Assembly: GCA_027251445.1 (NCBI GenBank)
Contig: JAPNQO010000064.1
Span: 1 to 22,633, forward strand
Direction: 5' to 3'
Length of the DNA stretch: 22,633 nucleotides
DNA from: Fidelibacterota bacterium
GTDB lineage: Bacteria; Fidelibacterota; Marinisomatia; Marinisomatales; TCS55
Shown here: one piece after another, positions 8,733 to 16,968 of the stretch
Numbering within the stretch: the first letter of the stretch is position 1
Layout: each line of letters opens with the position of its first letter
Position numbers and translations under genes: made by a program
The notes under the pieces: model-generated
The model's input: the letters and a program-made list of their open reading frames with translations, nothing else
Database searches by the model: none
What the model was told of the DNA's origin: nothing

Positions 8733-9194
8733 TTAATCAAAGCTGGTCTGGCTTGTTCCAGAACCACCCATAATCGGAGACCAATGGGAAGCACGTACTC
8801 TCCACTGTCCATCTTCTTTCACATAAACACGTGTTACACGGGTCAAATAATGCCCAACTGATGCTGAATTCTTCGGCTTGAGTGAACCTTCCGAATAATA
8901 CATGGCTACAGCTGCTTTTTTTGGCACCAATACAATGACTTCAATATGTTTGGGTTTAATACTTGCAACATCATACTCTTCAGGACGTTCAGTAGATTCC
9001 ACTGTTTGTAATAATCCACCGCTTGACCAGAATTCTAACGCTCCTAGCTTTGAATATTCATCAGCTCCTCGTTTATTTTTAGTAAAATACTCATTATTTT
9101 TCATAATCTGATTTTTGATGTCTTCTACATCACCAGCGCTCAGCATTGAGAACATAATGGTGAAAACAAACATGATTTTTATAATATGTTTCAT
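8733..9194 (-). CDS. Secreted NTF2-like (DUF4440/SnoaL-like) protein
   Basis: Signal peptide (..MLSA|GD); NTF2-like C-terminal strands 'TRVTRVYVKEDGQWRVRASHWSP'; GAGGGGG RBS upstream. Confidence 0.75.
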   Translation of the reverse strand: MKHIIKIMFVFTIMFSMLSAGDVEDIKNQIMKNNEYFTKNKRGADEYSKLGALEFWSSGGLLQTVESTERPEEYDVASIKPKHIEVIVLVPKKAAVAMYYSEGSLKPKNSASVGHYLTRVTRVYVKEDGQWRVRASHWSPIMGGSGTSQTSFD

Positions 9195-9270
9195 GAGTCC
9201 CCCTCTTTTTTGTTGAAAACTATATTAGTTTCGTACAATATAGCTGATTAAAACTAAATCATTATAAACA

Positions 9271-9297
9271 AAAAACCCCGCAAATAGCGGGGTTTTT
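9271..9297 (-). terminator. Rho-independent terminator downstream of the 1165-aa gene
   Basis: aaaaaccccgc-aaata-gcggggttttt: perfect 11-bp arms, 25 nt past the stop at 9323. Confidence 0.88.
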
Positions 9298-9322
9298 CTA
9301 TTAGTTATTTATCTGGATTATA

Positions 9323-12300
9323 TTAATCACAACCAGTATATCGGCTAGCAATATATTCGCCATATGTCCAATCAAGAGGATCCTGTGCAATTCCTTCTGC
9401 TGTTGCTACATATTCACGAACAACATCAATTTGATCCGATACTTCCTGCGCTTTTTGTCCCATTTTTGTACGCAAGGCAAGATTAGTCACTACTTGCTCT
9501 ACTAATTCAGAATCATCGCCAGGTGATGAATGCAATTCTGCTATTTTGTCTTGAACATCTTGACAGGGAATATCAGCCAACATATCCAGATTCAAATCAA
9601 GATAATCAATGGAAATTTGCAATTGGTTCGATAAAGACAATAGTTCAACATATAAATCCTGCATTGCTGCAAGCAAATTTGTATTCATATCCGGTAAATC
9701 TACTCCTAGTTCTGGGAAAGCAGTACCCACGTCTGGAACTTCTAAACCAATTCCATCCATTGCAAGATCCATTACGGGCTGCAAAACTGGATCAATACAA
9801 CATTCCATGAAGTCATCTAAACTCATAAAATCTTCAATAGCCGTTGCTATTCCATCAAGTTCTACGCCTATATCAGCTAGGCTTATTGAAAAGGACCCAC
9901 TTGATGCACAAAAAGCAGGTTCTCCACTTACTGGATCATTTATCAATGACATATTATCTGGACAAGTTGCTCCTACCCAATAGCCATCATGATTTTCCGT
10001 AAAATATTGTGTGGACCAAGTAACTATATCCTCAAAAAAGCTAAAAAATCCATCCCACCAGCTTCCACCTTCTCTTTCTACTCTTCTTGTACTACTTGTT
10101 TGCTCTGACCACGATTTTGTACAGAAATATGCACTTACAGGATCCCAAGTCATCATAAATCCATCGGGACATTTACCACATCCACCTACAAAGAATTCTT
10201 CATAGCCAGCTGGGCAACCGATAGATGCTGTAGAAACAGGCCAAGGGGAAATTTCTACTGATTCATTAATAAAACTTAATCCAGTTTGCATTGGTGTAAG
10301 AATATCAAGAAACTCATCAAATGCACTTAGATCCAGACCAGCATCTAAAGCTTCTATAATTTCATCCATTTTTGTAATCGCATCATCTAATGCATCATCA
10401 ACATCCTCCGCAACTTCTTCCGCGCTACCAACTTTATCCAAGTATGCAACACGTGTTACTCGTAAACCATCAGCAATACCAGTATATCGTGTTTCATCTG
10501 CACAATCATTAGCCAGACTTAAATACCCGTAGCCATTTGCTGTAAGCTCACCCAGTGTTCCAAGCTTTTCTCCTACCTCTACCGCTACATCACTAACTTT
10601 TTGAATAATATTTTCTGGAAGATCCAAAGACGCATCCACTGCACATGCTTGCGTAACAACGCCATCCATTCTATTATCCACAGGTGCAACCAAATTATAC
10701 GGTTGAGTAAACGTTCTGCGTAAAACACCTGGGACAGATTTTGCTGCTTGAAGCGCAGTTTCTACATCAGTGGCAACTGATTTTAAATCTGCTGCCTTAT
10801 TTGCATATGTTTCCACAAAAGCAAATTTTGATAACGCATCTTGAGCCGTCTCATGCAGATCAGTTGCTTTTTCAATAATATCATCTAACTCTTCTGTGAA
10901 ATCATCAATAGTTCCTTCATCTTCTTGAGTAGGCGGTAATTCCGCATTTTCATCTTCTATTGATTCAGAACGAAATGCAGACACAGCTTGAACTGCATCA
11001 TAATATTCGGCAACAAACCCACCTCCATTAATGTACGAATCAATACTTGCCTGAACGGCAGCCTCTTCTGATTCAACATTTTGCATAAAATTGTTTATTT
11101 GCACCATTTCTCTCTCCATCGCGACTTCATCAATATTTCGAACCGCGTAGGATGTCATACCACTATAAAGATACCAGTTATGTTCCCATATTGGATCCAC
11201 ATCATCCATTAAATAACAACTACCCCATCTAGTGGAGAAATTTATTGCATCACAATCTTGAATTTGCAGACAGGCCTTTGCACATGCTTGAACGTTTCTT
11301 GTTCTCATATAACGTATAGGTCTTCCATTAGAAATCCATGTACCATGACCTTCATTTGTGAAAAAATTCATAGCATTCGTCCAGCCGTATTTTGAATAAA
11401 CATTACTCCAATTAATATTACCCCAAGCGCCTACTAGACCAATATCACTATTTGATGCTCTTTTGGAAGATTCTTTCTTCACTCTACCGGAAGACCTTGC
11501 AGAACTTGATTTTCTTCCAGAGGATGCTCTTCTTCCAGAACTTACAGATCCTTCATCATCCATACTTTCATCTTCTTCTACAGAGGATTCATCATCTTCC
11601 ATTATAATTTCTTCAACCTCCCCATTAGCAATCAATTCCTCGGCTTCTGCTACTTGATCGGGCATCTCTGGAACATCTGCATCCGTATCTTCTCGATTTA
11701 GTCTTCTACCTGATGAAGGTGCAGATACAGATGCAACTGCATCATTATCATGATTGGATGATAAAAATTCAAGTGTACGTTTTGAATGAGACAATGCGTT
11801 AAAAGAGCGTTGTTTTTGTAAGTATTCATCCCGAGCCTCTCTGAATTCTTGTCTTAGTCCAGCATTTACATAAATATATGATTTTAAACTTATACCGTTA
11901 TACGTACGCAATGGATCCACGTCATCAGCGTAAATACAAATATCATCCCCTCTTCTAGATACATACGTATAAAAGCCATCGCACCATATATTATCTAAGC
12001 ACACTTGTGCGCAGGCTGCATCATCTCCATACATCCATCTTCGACCAGCCTGAATCCATTTATTTTCACCAACCATATCAAAATTTTCTAAGGCACTTAA
12101 TCCTTCAGCAGCACCCTGACCCTCTGTACGTGCACTTCTTTGCACTCTACCACTGGATGGTTGATCCGTTGAGGAATCATCGTCATTCAGATTTAATATC
12201 TCTATCTCTGGCATAACTTCTTCTTCTGCATCTTTTAATGTTTCCGGATAATCGGAAGGATAGTCAACAGCTTCTCTTTTGCTGCTACGTTTAGAACTAC

Positions 12301-12820
12301 TCATCCTCCTGGAATCATTTCTACTATCTGAACGTCTTGTATCATCTGTTGACCGAGCACTTCTGGATGAGCGTTTTGATGATTCTTTTGATCGAGAACT
12401 ACTACTGGATCTGGCACTTCTTGAAGAACGAGTAGATTCATCTTGACTGCTCCGACTACTTCTTGCTGCTCGTTGTGCTGGTTCTTTACTCTTTCTTCCG
12501 CTTCGAGTTGAAACATTACCTTCAGAACCCTTTGGATATTTATTTAATAAATCTTTTAATCGAGTCATTTCTCGACCAGCCAATTTTTCACCATTCATAT
12601 AATTTTTTACTGTTTTCTCTGCTGTCTTGGTAAGACCCTGTCTTAACAAATGTTCTCCTAATTCCTGTTTTGAAGAAAATCCATATTGATTTACAAGATC
12701 TTCAGCCTGAGAAGCAGAAGTACTTTGCTTTGATTCATCTTTTTTTGAGCTACGACGTTGCGCACTTATATCGCCTGCAAAAAATAAGATTAGTATAGCT
12801 ATTATTGATTTATTAAACAT
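9323..12820 (-). CDS. Large secreted protein of unknown function: S/R-rich and acidic low-complexity linkers, two PAN/apple-like domains, and a long helical C-terminal half with a Cys-rich insert
   Basis: 1165-aa ORF with a GGAGG RBS, a signal peptide (..DISA|QRR) and its own terminator. Motifs 'CAQVCLDNIWCDGF...C' and 'CAKACLQIQDCDAINF...GSCYL' match the PAN/apple C-x3-C-x5-C...C pattern. Confidence 0.8.
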   Translation of the reverse strand: MFNKSIIAILILFFAGDISAQRRSSKKDESKQSTSASQAEDLVNQYGFSSKQELGEHLLRQGLTKTAEKTVKNYMNGEKLAGREMTRLKDLLNKYPKGSEGNVSTRSGRKSKEPAQRAARSSRSSQDESTRSSRSARSSSSSRSKESSKRSSRSARSTDDTRRSDSRNDSRRMSSSKRSSKREAVDYPSDYPETLKDAEEEVMPEIEILNLNDDDSSTDQPSSGRVQRSARTEGQGAAEGLSALENFDMVGENKWIQAGRRWMYGDDAACAQVCLDNIWCDGFYTYVSRRGDDICIYADDVDPLRTYNGISLKSYIYVNAGLRQEFREARDEYLQKQRSFNALSHSKRTLEFLSSNHDNDAVASVSAPSSGRRLNREDTDADVPEMPDQVAEAEELIANGEVEEIIMEDDESSVEEDESMDDEGSVSSGRRASSGRKSSSARSSGRVKKESSKRASNSDIGLVGAWGNINWSNVYSKYGWTNAMNFFTNEGHGTWISNGRPIRYMRTRNVQACAKACLQIQDCDAINFSTRWGSCYLMDDVDPIWEHNWYLYSGMTSYAVRNIDEVAMEREMVQINNFMQNVESEEAAVQASIDSYINGGGFVAEYYDAVQAVSAFRSESIEDENAELPPTQEDEGTIDDFTEELDDIIEKATDLHETAQDALSKFAFVETYANKAADLKSVATDVETALQAAKSVPGVLRRTFTQPYNLVAPVDNRMDGVVTQACAVDASLDLPENIIQKVSDVAVEVGEKLGTLGELTANGYGYLSLANDCADETRYTGIADGLRVTRVAYLDKVGSAEEVAEDVDDALDDAITKMDEIIEALDAGLDLSAFDEFLDILTPMQTGLSFINESVEISPWPVSTASIGCPAGYEEFFVGGCGKCPDGFMMTWDPVSAYFCTKSWSEQTSSTRRVEREGGSWWDGFFSFFEDIVTWSTQYFTENHDGYWVGATCPDNMSLINDPVSGEPAFCASSGSFSISLADIGVELDGIATAIEDFMSLDDFMECCIDPVLQPVMDLAMDGIGLEVPDVGTAFPELGVDLPDMNTNLLAAMQDLYVELLSLSNQLQISIDYLDLNLDMLADIPCQDVQDKIAELHSSPGDDSELVEQVVTNLALRTKMGQKAQEVSDQIDVVREYVATAEGIAQDPLDWTYGEYIASRYTGCD

Positions 12821-12911
12821 ACTACGTCCTCCAATAATAATAATTTAAGTAAAAATAATTGTCTTGAATATCACCATCATCTTCATAAAAATCAATAATC
12901 ATTAGTTATAG

Positions 12912-12927
12912 AGTGACTTATGTCACT
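12912..12927. promoter_or_regulatory. Palindromic putative operator of CRP/FNR-like geometry (GTGA-N6-TCAC)
   Basis: AGTGAC-TTAT-GTCACT about 90 nt upstream of the 1165-aa gene start; no U-tract follows it on the minus strand. Confidence 0.4.
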
Positions 12928-12955
12928 TTTGTATATACTTTACAAAAATAATAAT

Positions 12956-14284
12956 CTAACGTAATAGATTATTTAACATGCGGATGACATCTTCCTTCCC
13001 ATCCGGTCTTCCCACTATGGTTGTTTGATTATCAACCAAATAAAATGTAGGCGTATAAGAAACGTAATACACATCCGTTGATTCGGAATCCCATCCTTTT
13101 AAGCTGGAGATATTTATCCATTCTAAATTTTCCTGATCAATAGCTTGTTGCCATTCATCTTTCTTTTTATCAATTGAAACAGCAATAACCTCCAAACCCG
13201 CAGAACGATAGGATTCATAAATAGTTTTTATTTCAGGAATTGTTTCCATGCAGTGCGGACATGTAGATGACCAAAACATTACTAAATTAAGCTTATTCTT
13301 CTTAAATAGATCATGCAAACCAACCTTGTCTCTATTTATATCTGGTATTTGTATATCTGGAGCAATTGTACCCACTTTAAGCTTTTGCCTTCCTTCAATC
13401 TGTTTTCGTAATGTACGATTAGTAATCAAATCAAATTCATCCCCAATATATTCAGATACAACGTATTCTATGCGTTCTTCAAATCCCTCCCGATTAAGAA
13501 ACGATAATATTTGAGTTATACAATATCCATACACATCATAATTATCATATGTAGCCATTAATATATCATCAATAGCAATATGCATATCTATACTATTTTC
13601 ACCAGAATAATAGTTCAAATACATACTGATTTTATTGAACATCAATGGGCTATGTAAATATTTTGAATCCAATATGGCCTTGTTATCAAAAAATCGTTCA
13701 ATTCTATCTTCATAGGAACTGTTAATTATTGGCATTGTGTTTGCTAGAACATCAAAGGTAAATGTTTGAGAAAAGTTTTCTTGAAGATCTTTTAGTGATA
13801 CCGTTGAATAATAAATGAATTTCTTAAGCTCATTTTCATATTCATCTATTTTTTGCAATACTTCATCATTGGGGAAACTTAATTGAAATTGCAAATATTC
13901 TATCCTATTATAGATATTCATAAGCATTTTATGACGGTGAAAAGCTATATTTTCTAATGATTGCAGCACCGTAATTGGTTTTTCATCATTTTGATTATTA
14001 ACCTGGATTTCCACATCTGTTTCTGTGGGATTTAATACAATGATAATAGGCTCTTCTCCTTTTAATTGAATACGATAAAATCCCAATGTGTAATCAGTTT
14101 TTTTAAATGAAAATTTTCCATTTGAATCAATAATAGTTTCATCAATTGGCTTACCATCATTTTGAAACATATCATATAAATAGGCTTTGCTTCTAAAAAC
14201 CTCCGCATTCATAAATTGTCCATAAATATGCTGACTATAGGTAATAGTCGAACTCATAATTAGAAATGTGATTAGAAAGCGCAT
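12956..14284 (-). CDS. TlpA/AhpC-TSA-like redoxin with N-terminal DUF4369/DUF5106-like extension
   Basis: Signal peptide; C-terminal thioredoxin fold 'GTIAPDIQIPD...LVMFWSSTCPHCMETIP...VIAVSID...YYVSYTPTFYLVD'. Confidence 0.85.
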   Translation of the reverse strand: MRFLITFLIMSSTITYSQHIYGQFMNAEVFRSKAYLYDMFQNDGKPIDETIIDSNGKFSFKKTDYTLGFYRIQLKGEEPIIIVLNPTETDVEIQVNNQNDEKPITVLQSLENIAFHRHKMLMNIYNRIEYLQFQLSFPNDEVLQKIDEYENELKKFIYYSTVSLKDLQENFSQTFTFDVLANTMPIINSSYEDRIERFFDNKAILDSKYLHSPLMFNKISMYLNYYSGENSIDMHIAIDDILMATYDNYDVYGYCITQILSFLNREGFEERIEYVVSEYIGDEFDLITNRTLRKQIEGRQKLKVGTIAPDIQIPDINRDKVGLHDLFKKNKLNLVMFWSSTCPHCMETIPEIKTIYESYRSAGLEVIAVSIDKKKDEWQQAIDQENLEWINISSLKGWDSESTDVYYVSYTPTFYLVDNQTTIVGRPDGKEDVIRMLNNLLR

Positions 14285-14300
14285 GAAAAAGAAAACTATC

Positions 14301-16097
14301 TTATTTAAGAAGAAGAATTCTTCTGGATTGTGTAAATGAGTCTGTGCTCATATTCACGATATACATACCTGAGGAAACAGGAATGCCGTACTGATCTTTT
14401 CCATTCCATATTATCGATTGCATACCTAGCTGTTCAGACTGAAAACGGCGAATCTTATTACCCAATATATCATATATAGCTATATCAACTGGTTGATTCA
14501 TTGGAATCGTATAGTGAATGGTTATGTGTGCATTAAAGGGGTTTGGATATGGGTTATTGAGCGAATATTGATTACTAATGGGTATTAATTCCATATCTGA
14601 TGCCAGTTCCACACTGGAATTTTTAATGATACGCATAGAAAATTCTGAATTAATGGTATCGTACCCAAATGCAGATATTACAAAAATTACGCTATCTACA
14701 CTGCTGACATCAATGGTTTGGGTCTGAGCCGTAAGCACATCAAAAGTATTAGGTGTAGAATCATTTTTATGTTCCACAATTGAGGTAACGTAATAACGCA
14801 TATTATCCGAATCTTGTGTTAATAAATCAATGACAAGGTTATTCCAAGTAGAGTCTTGTGTATCTACTAAATAGTATAAAGCAGAAAATGTTTCTAACAT
14901 CTGGTTATAGTAATACATGGTCGTATCCGATGATGCAGTAATAGTTTGTTCTAATGTTGGTAAATCCATCGGAAATGTACTGGATTCAGAGTATTGGTAA
15001 ATCCCGGCAGAATCACTATTGGACAACATGCCATTGGCAATGAAAAAATCATGCGTAACTGTTTCAAAATCCAGATTATAATCGTTTAAGGCAGCCATAA
15101 GGGTTGGAATACTATAATCAACATCATAACTATTATATTCTCTACTTCGTTCAAATATCCTACGTATCAAATCATTGCTTACCCGATTATCGGTTAAATA
15201 AGAAAAATAGATATAGGCACCATACCCACGATTCACATCATAGTTAATAGCTAAATATGGTTCATTGAAAAATTCCTGTAAAAATTGATAACAATCATTA
15301 ATATTATCGTAATGATGTTCTTCCATCCACACGGCGGTTGCCTCTAATAACCAACCAGCTTCCCAGCCATCATATCCATATTGTACCGCATGAAAAAACT
15401 CATGTGCAGATGTTACTTCAATGATTTCAGATTCTACGCCTGAAAAATCATTATAATTATTACGTAAAGCCATAAATGTAACCATAGCTCGTTCTTCTTC
15501 TGCATCTTCTGAGAATTCATTATCTCCTCGTGTAATTGGAGAATTGTTTTGAGCATAATCTTCTGCCTGAACATATCCATAATAACCAGTTTCTAGATTA
15601 AAGATATATACATCGTAATGATCCGATCCCCCATCATCAATTTGTGTATACCATCCATCTCCTGGTGGACGTACAAATTCCATATCTGTAAAATCAATCA
15701 CGCCAATATTAGCAAAAGTCGTTACAATTAAATCTACATAATCAGGAACTCCGTTGTTATCCGCATCTAATGGTGATACAGCATCAACACCAGTTAAGGT
15801 ATAGTGAAAACGAAATATCCCTTCATCCACATAATAATCCAAATTTTGAGGACGATAAGATGAAACAATTTGACGGCTAAAATCAAAGCCTCTTGCTTGC
15901 AATTCTGCTTTAATATCAGGAGACAATTGATGACCATATTTTGCAATAATGCGTAATACTTCACTATAATGCATATCTGCATCCCCTATTATTATTTTAT
16001 TTGCAGCTTCTTCTACACTAAAGCTCGAAGCAGAAATAGGCTGGAAATACCCTATAAAAAGAAATAAGATTATTATATGTTGCATATGCTTAATCAT
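14301..16097 (-). CDS. Secreted zinc metalloprotease (MXAN_6640-like) with T9SS-A/FlgD-like C-terminal domain
   Basis: 'AHEFFHAVQYGYD...WLLEATAVWMEE' zincin HExxH motif plus downstream Glu; 'DADNNGVPDYVD' Ca-loop; C-terminal 'NPYPNPFNA...WNGKDQYG..VSSGMY...RILLLK'. The start may instead be ATG 16085 (MQHII). Confidence 0.85.
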   Translation of the reverse strand: MIKHMQHIIILFLFIGYFQPISASSFSVEEAANKIIIGDADMHYSEVLRIIAKYGHQLSPDIKAELQARGFDFSRQIVSSYRPQNLDYYVDEGIFRFHYTLTGVDAVSPLDADNNGVPDYVDLIVTTFANIGVIDFTDMEFVRPPGDGWYTQIDDGGSDHYDVYIFNLETGYYGYVQAEDYAQNNSPITRGDNEFSEDAEEERAMVTFMALRNNYNDFSGVESEIIEVTSAHEFFHAVQYGYDGWEAGWLLEATAVWMEEHHYDNINDCYQFLQEFFNEPYLAINYDVNRGYGAYIYFSYLTDNRVSNDLIRRIFERSREYNSYDVDYSIPTLMAALNDYNLDFETVTHDFFIANGMLSNSDSAGIYQYSESSTFPMDLPTLEQTITASSDTTMYYYNQMLETFSALYYLVDTQDSTWNNLVIDLLTQDSDNMRYYVTSIVEHKNDSTPNTFDVLTAQTQTIDVSSVDSVIFVISAFGYDTINSEFSMRIIKNSSVELASDMELIPISNQYSLNNPYPNPFNAHITIHYTIPMNQPVDIAIYDILGNKIRRFQSEQLGMQSIIWNGKDQYGIPVSSGMYIVNMSTDSFTQSRRILLLK

Positions 16098-16137
16098 CCT
16101 ATATTTGCAACTTAATTAAATAGCTCGTAATAATTCA

Positions 16138-16962
16138 ATGGTAAAGATAAAACAGCATTTATTCAATTGTGGTCTCATTGTTCTATTAGGATTCACTATA
16201 TCATGTGAAGACTTAGAGAATGAACTTGCAAAAGACTTCACTGCCTCTACTGCAAATGCAATGTTTGATTTAAAGCTTACTGTAGAAAATAATTCTACAG
16301 ACTCCGATACTCCAATTGCCTTTACCGTAACAGTCACAAGAGTAGATACGTATGTGGTACGACAAGATGCTCAGATGATTGGATTTTGGAGTTTATCCTC
16401 TCAAACTATTGATGGAGAAACCCAAAACATTAGTCAATATCCACAAGATATAGAATTTTTTGAAGATAATTCATATAGCAAACAGGTTCCAAATACAGTA
16501 TCAGGTGAAACAGATTATTTTGGTGGAAGTTGGACGTATGACAATAGCTCCGATAATCTGACTTTAATTGCTGAGGGTGATACCACTCAAATTGTATCTA
16601 CGTTTGATTATTCAGGTTCTGTAGTTCCTTTGGATGGATATATGATGTGGACATATTCAGATGAAGGATACGCATTCAATGAAACGTATCAAAAAACGGC
16701 AGAACCATCTTTATTTTTTGATGAACCATTTACCTATATTTATATGGATGTTTCTGGTGGTGATATTTCAGGGACTACTTACCCAGACTATGCTGAAATT
16801 GAAGCCGTTGTTGAAAATAAATTAGATGCTCAGTTTACAGTTACAGGCATGTTTGAACCTGGGCTTGATTTTGATCAAGGAAACATTGCAGTAAGTCTTT
16901 ATAATGAATTATATGGTACGATTGTTGTTAATATGCAAATAGCCATTAAGTTATTGGATTAA
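16138..16962 (+). CDS. Hypothetical lipoprotein containing a lipocalin-like domain
   Basis: Lipobox GFTIS-C; lipocalin-like 'MIGFWSLSSQTIDG...IEFFEDNSY.........GSWTYD....LTL'; 6 nt upstream of the secretin gene. Confidence 0.65.
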   Translation: MVKIKQHLFNCGLIVLLGFTISCEDLENELAKDFTASTANAMFDLKLTVENNSTDSDTPIAFTVTVTRVDTYVVRQDAQMIGFWSLSSQTIDGETQNISQYPQDIEFFEDNSYSKQVPNTVSGETDYFGGSWTYDNSSDNLTLIAEGDTTQIVSTFDYSGSVVPLDGYMMWTYSDEGYAFNETYQKTAEPSLFFDEPFTYIYMDVSGGDISGTTYPDYAEIEAVVENKLDAQFTVTGMFEPGLDFDQGNIAVSLYNELYGTIVVNMQIAIKLLD

Positions 16963-16968
16963 TATAAG

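Noticed and set aside
11460..12510. Short repeated DNA words (cttcttc, tcatcatc, ttccagaa) as a CRISPR array or tandem repeat
   Set aside because: There is no fixed repeat-spacer period. They are explained by S/R/E/D low-complexity coding on the minus strand.
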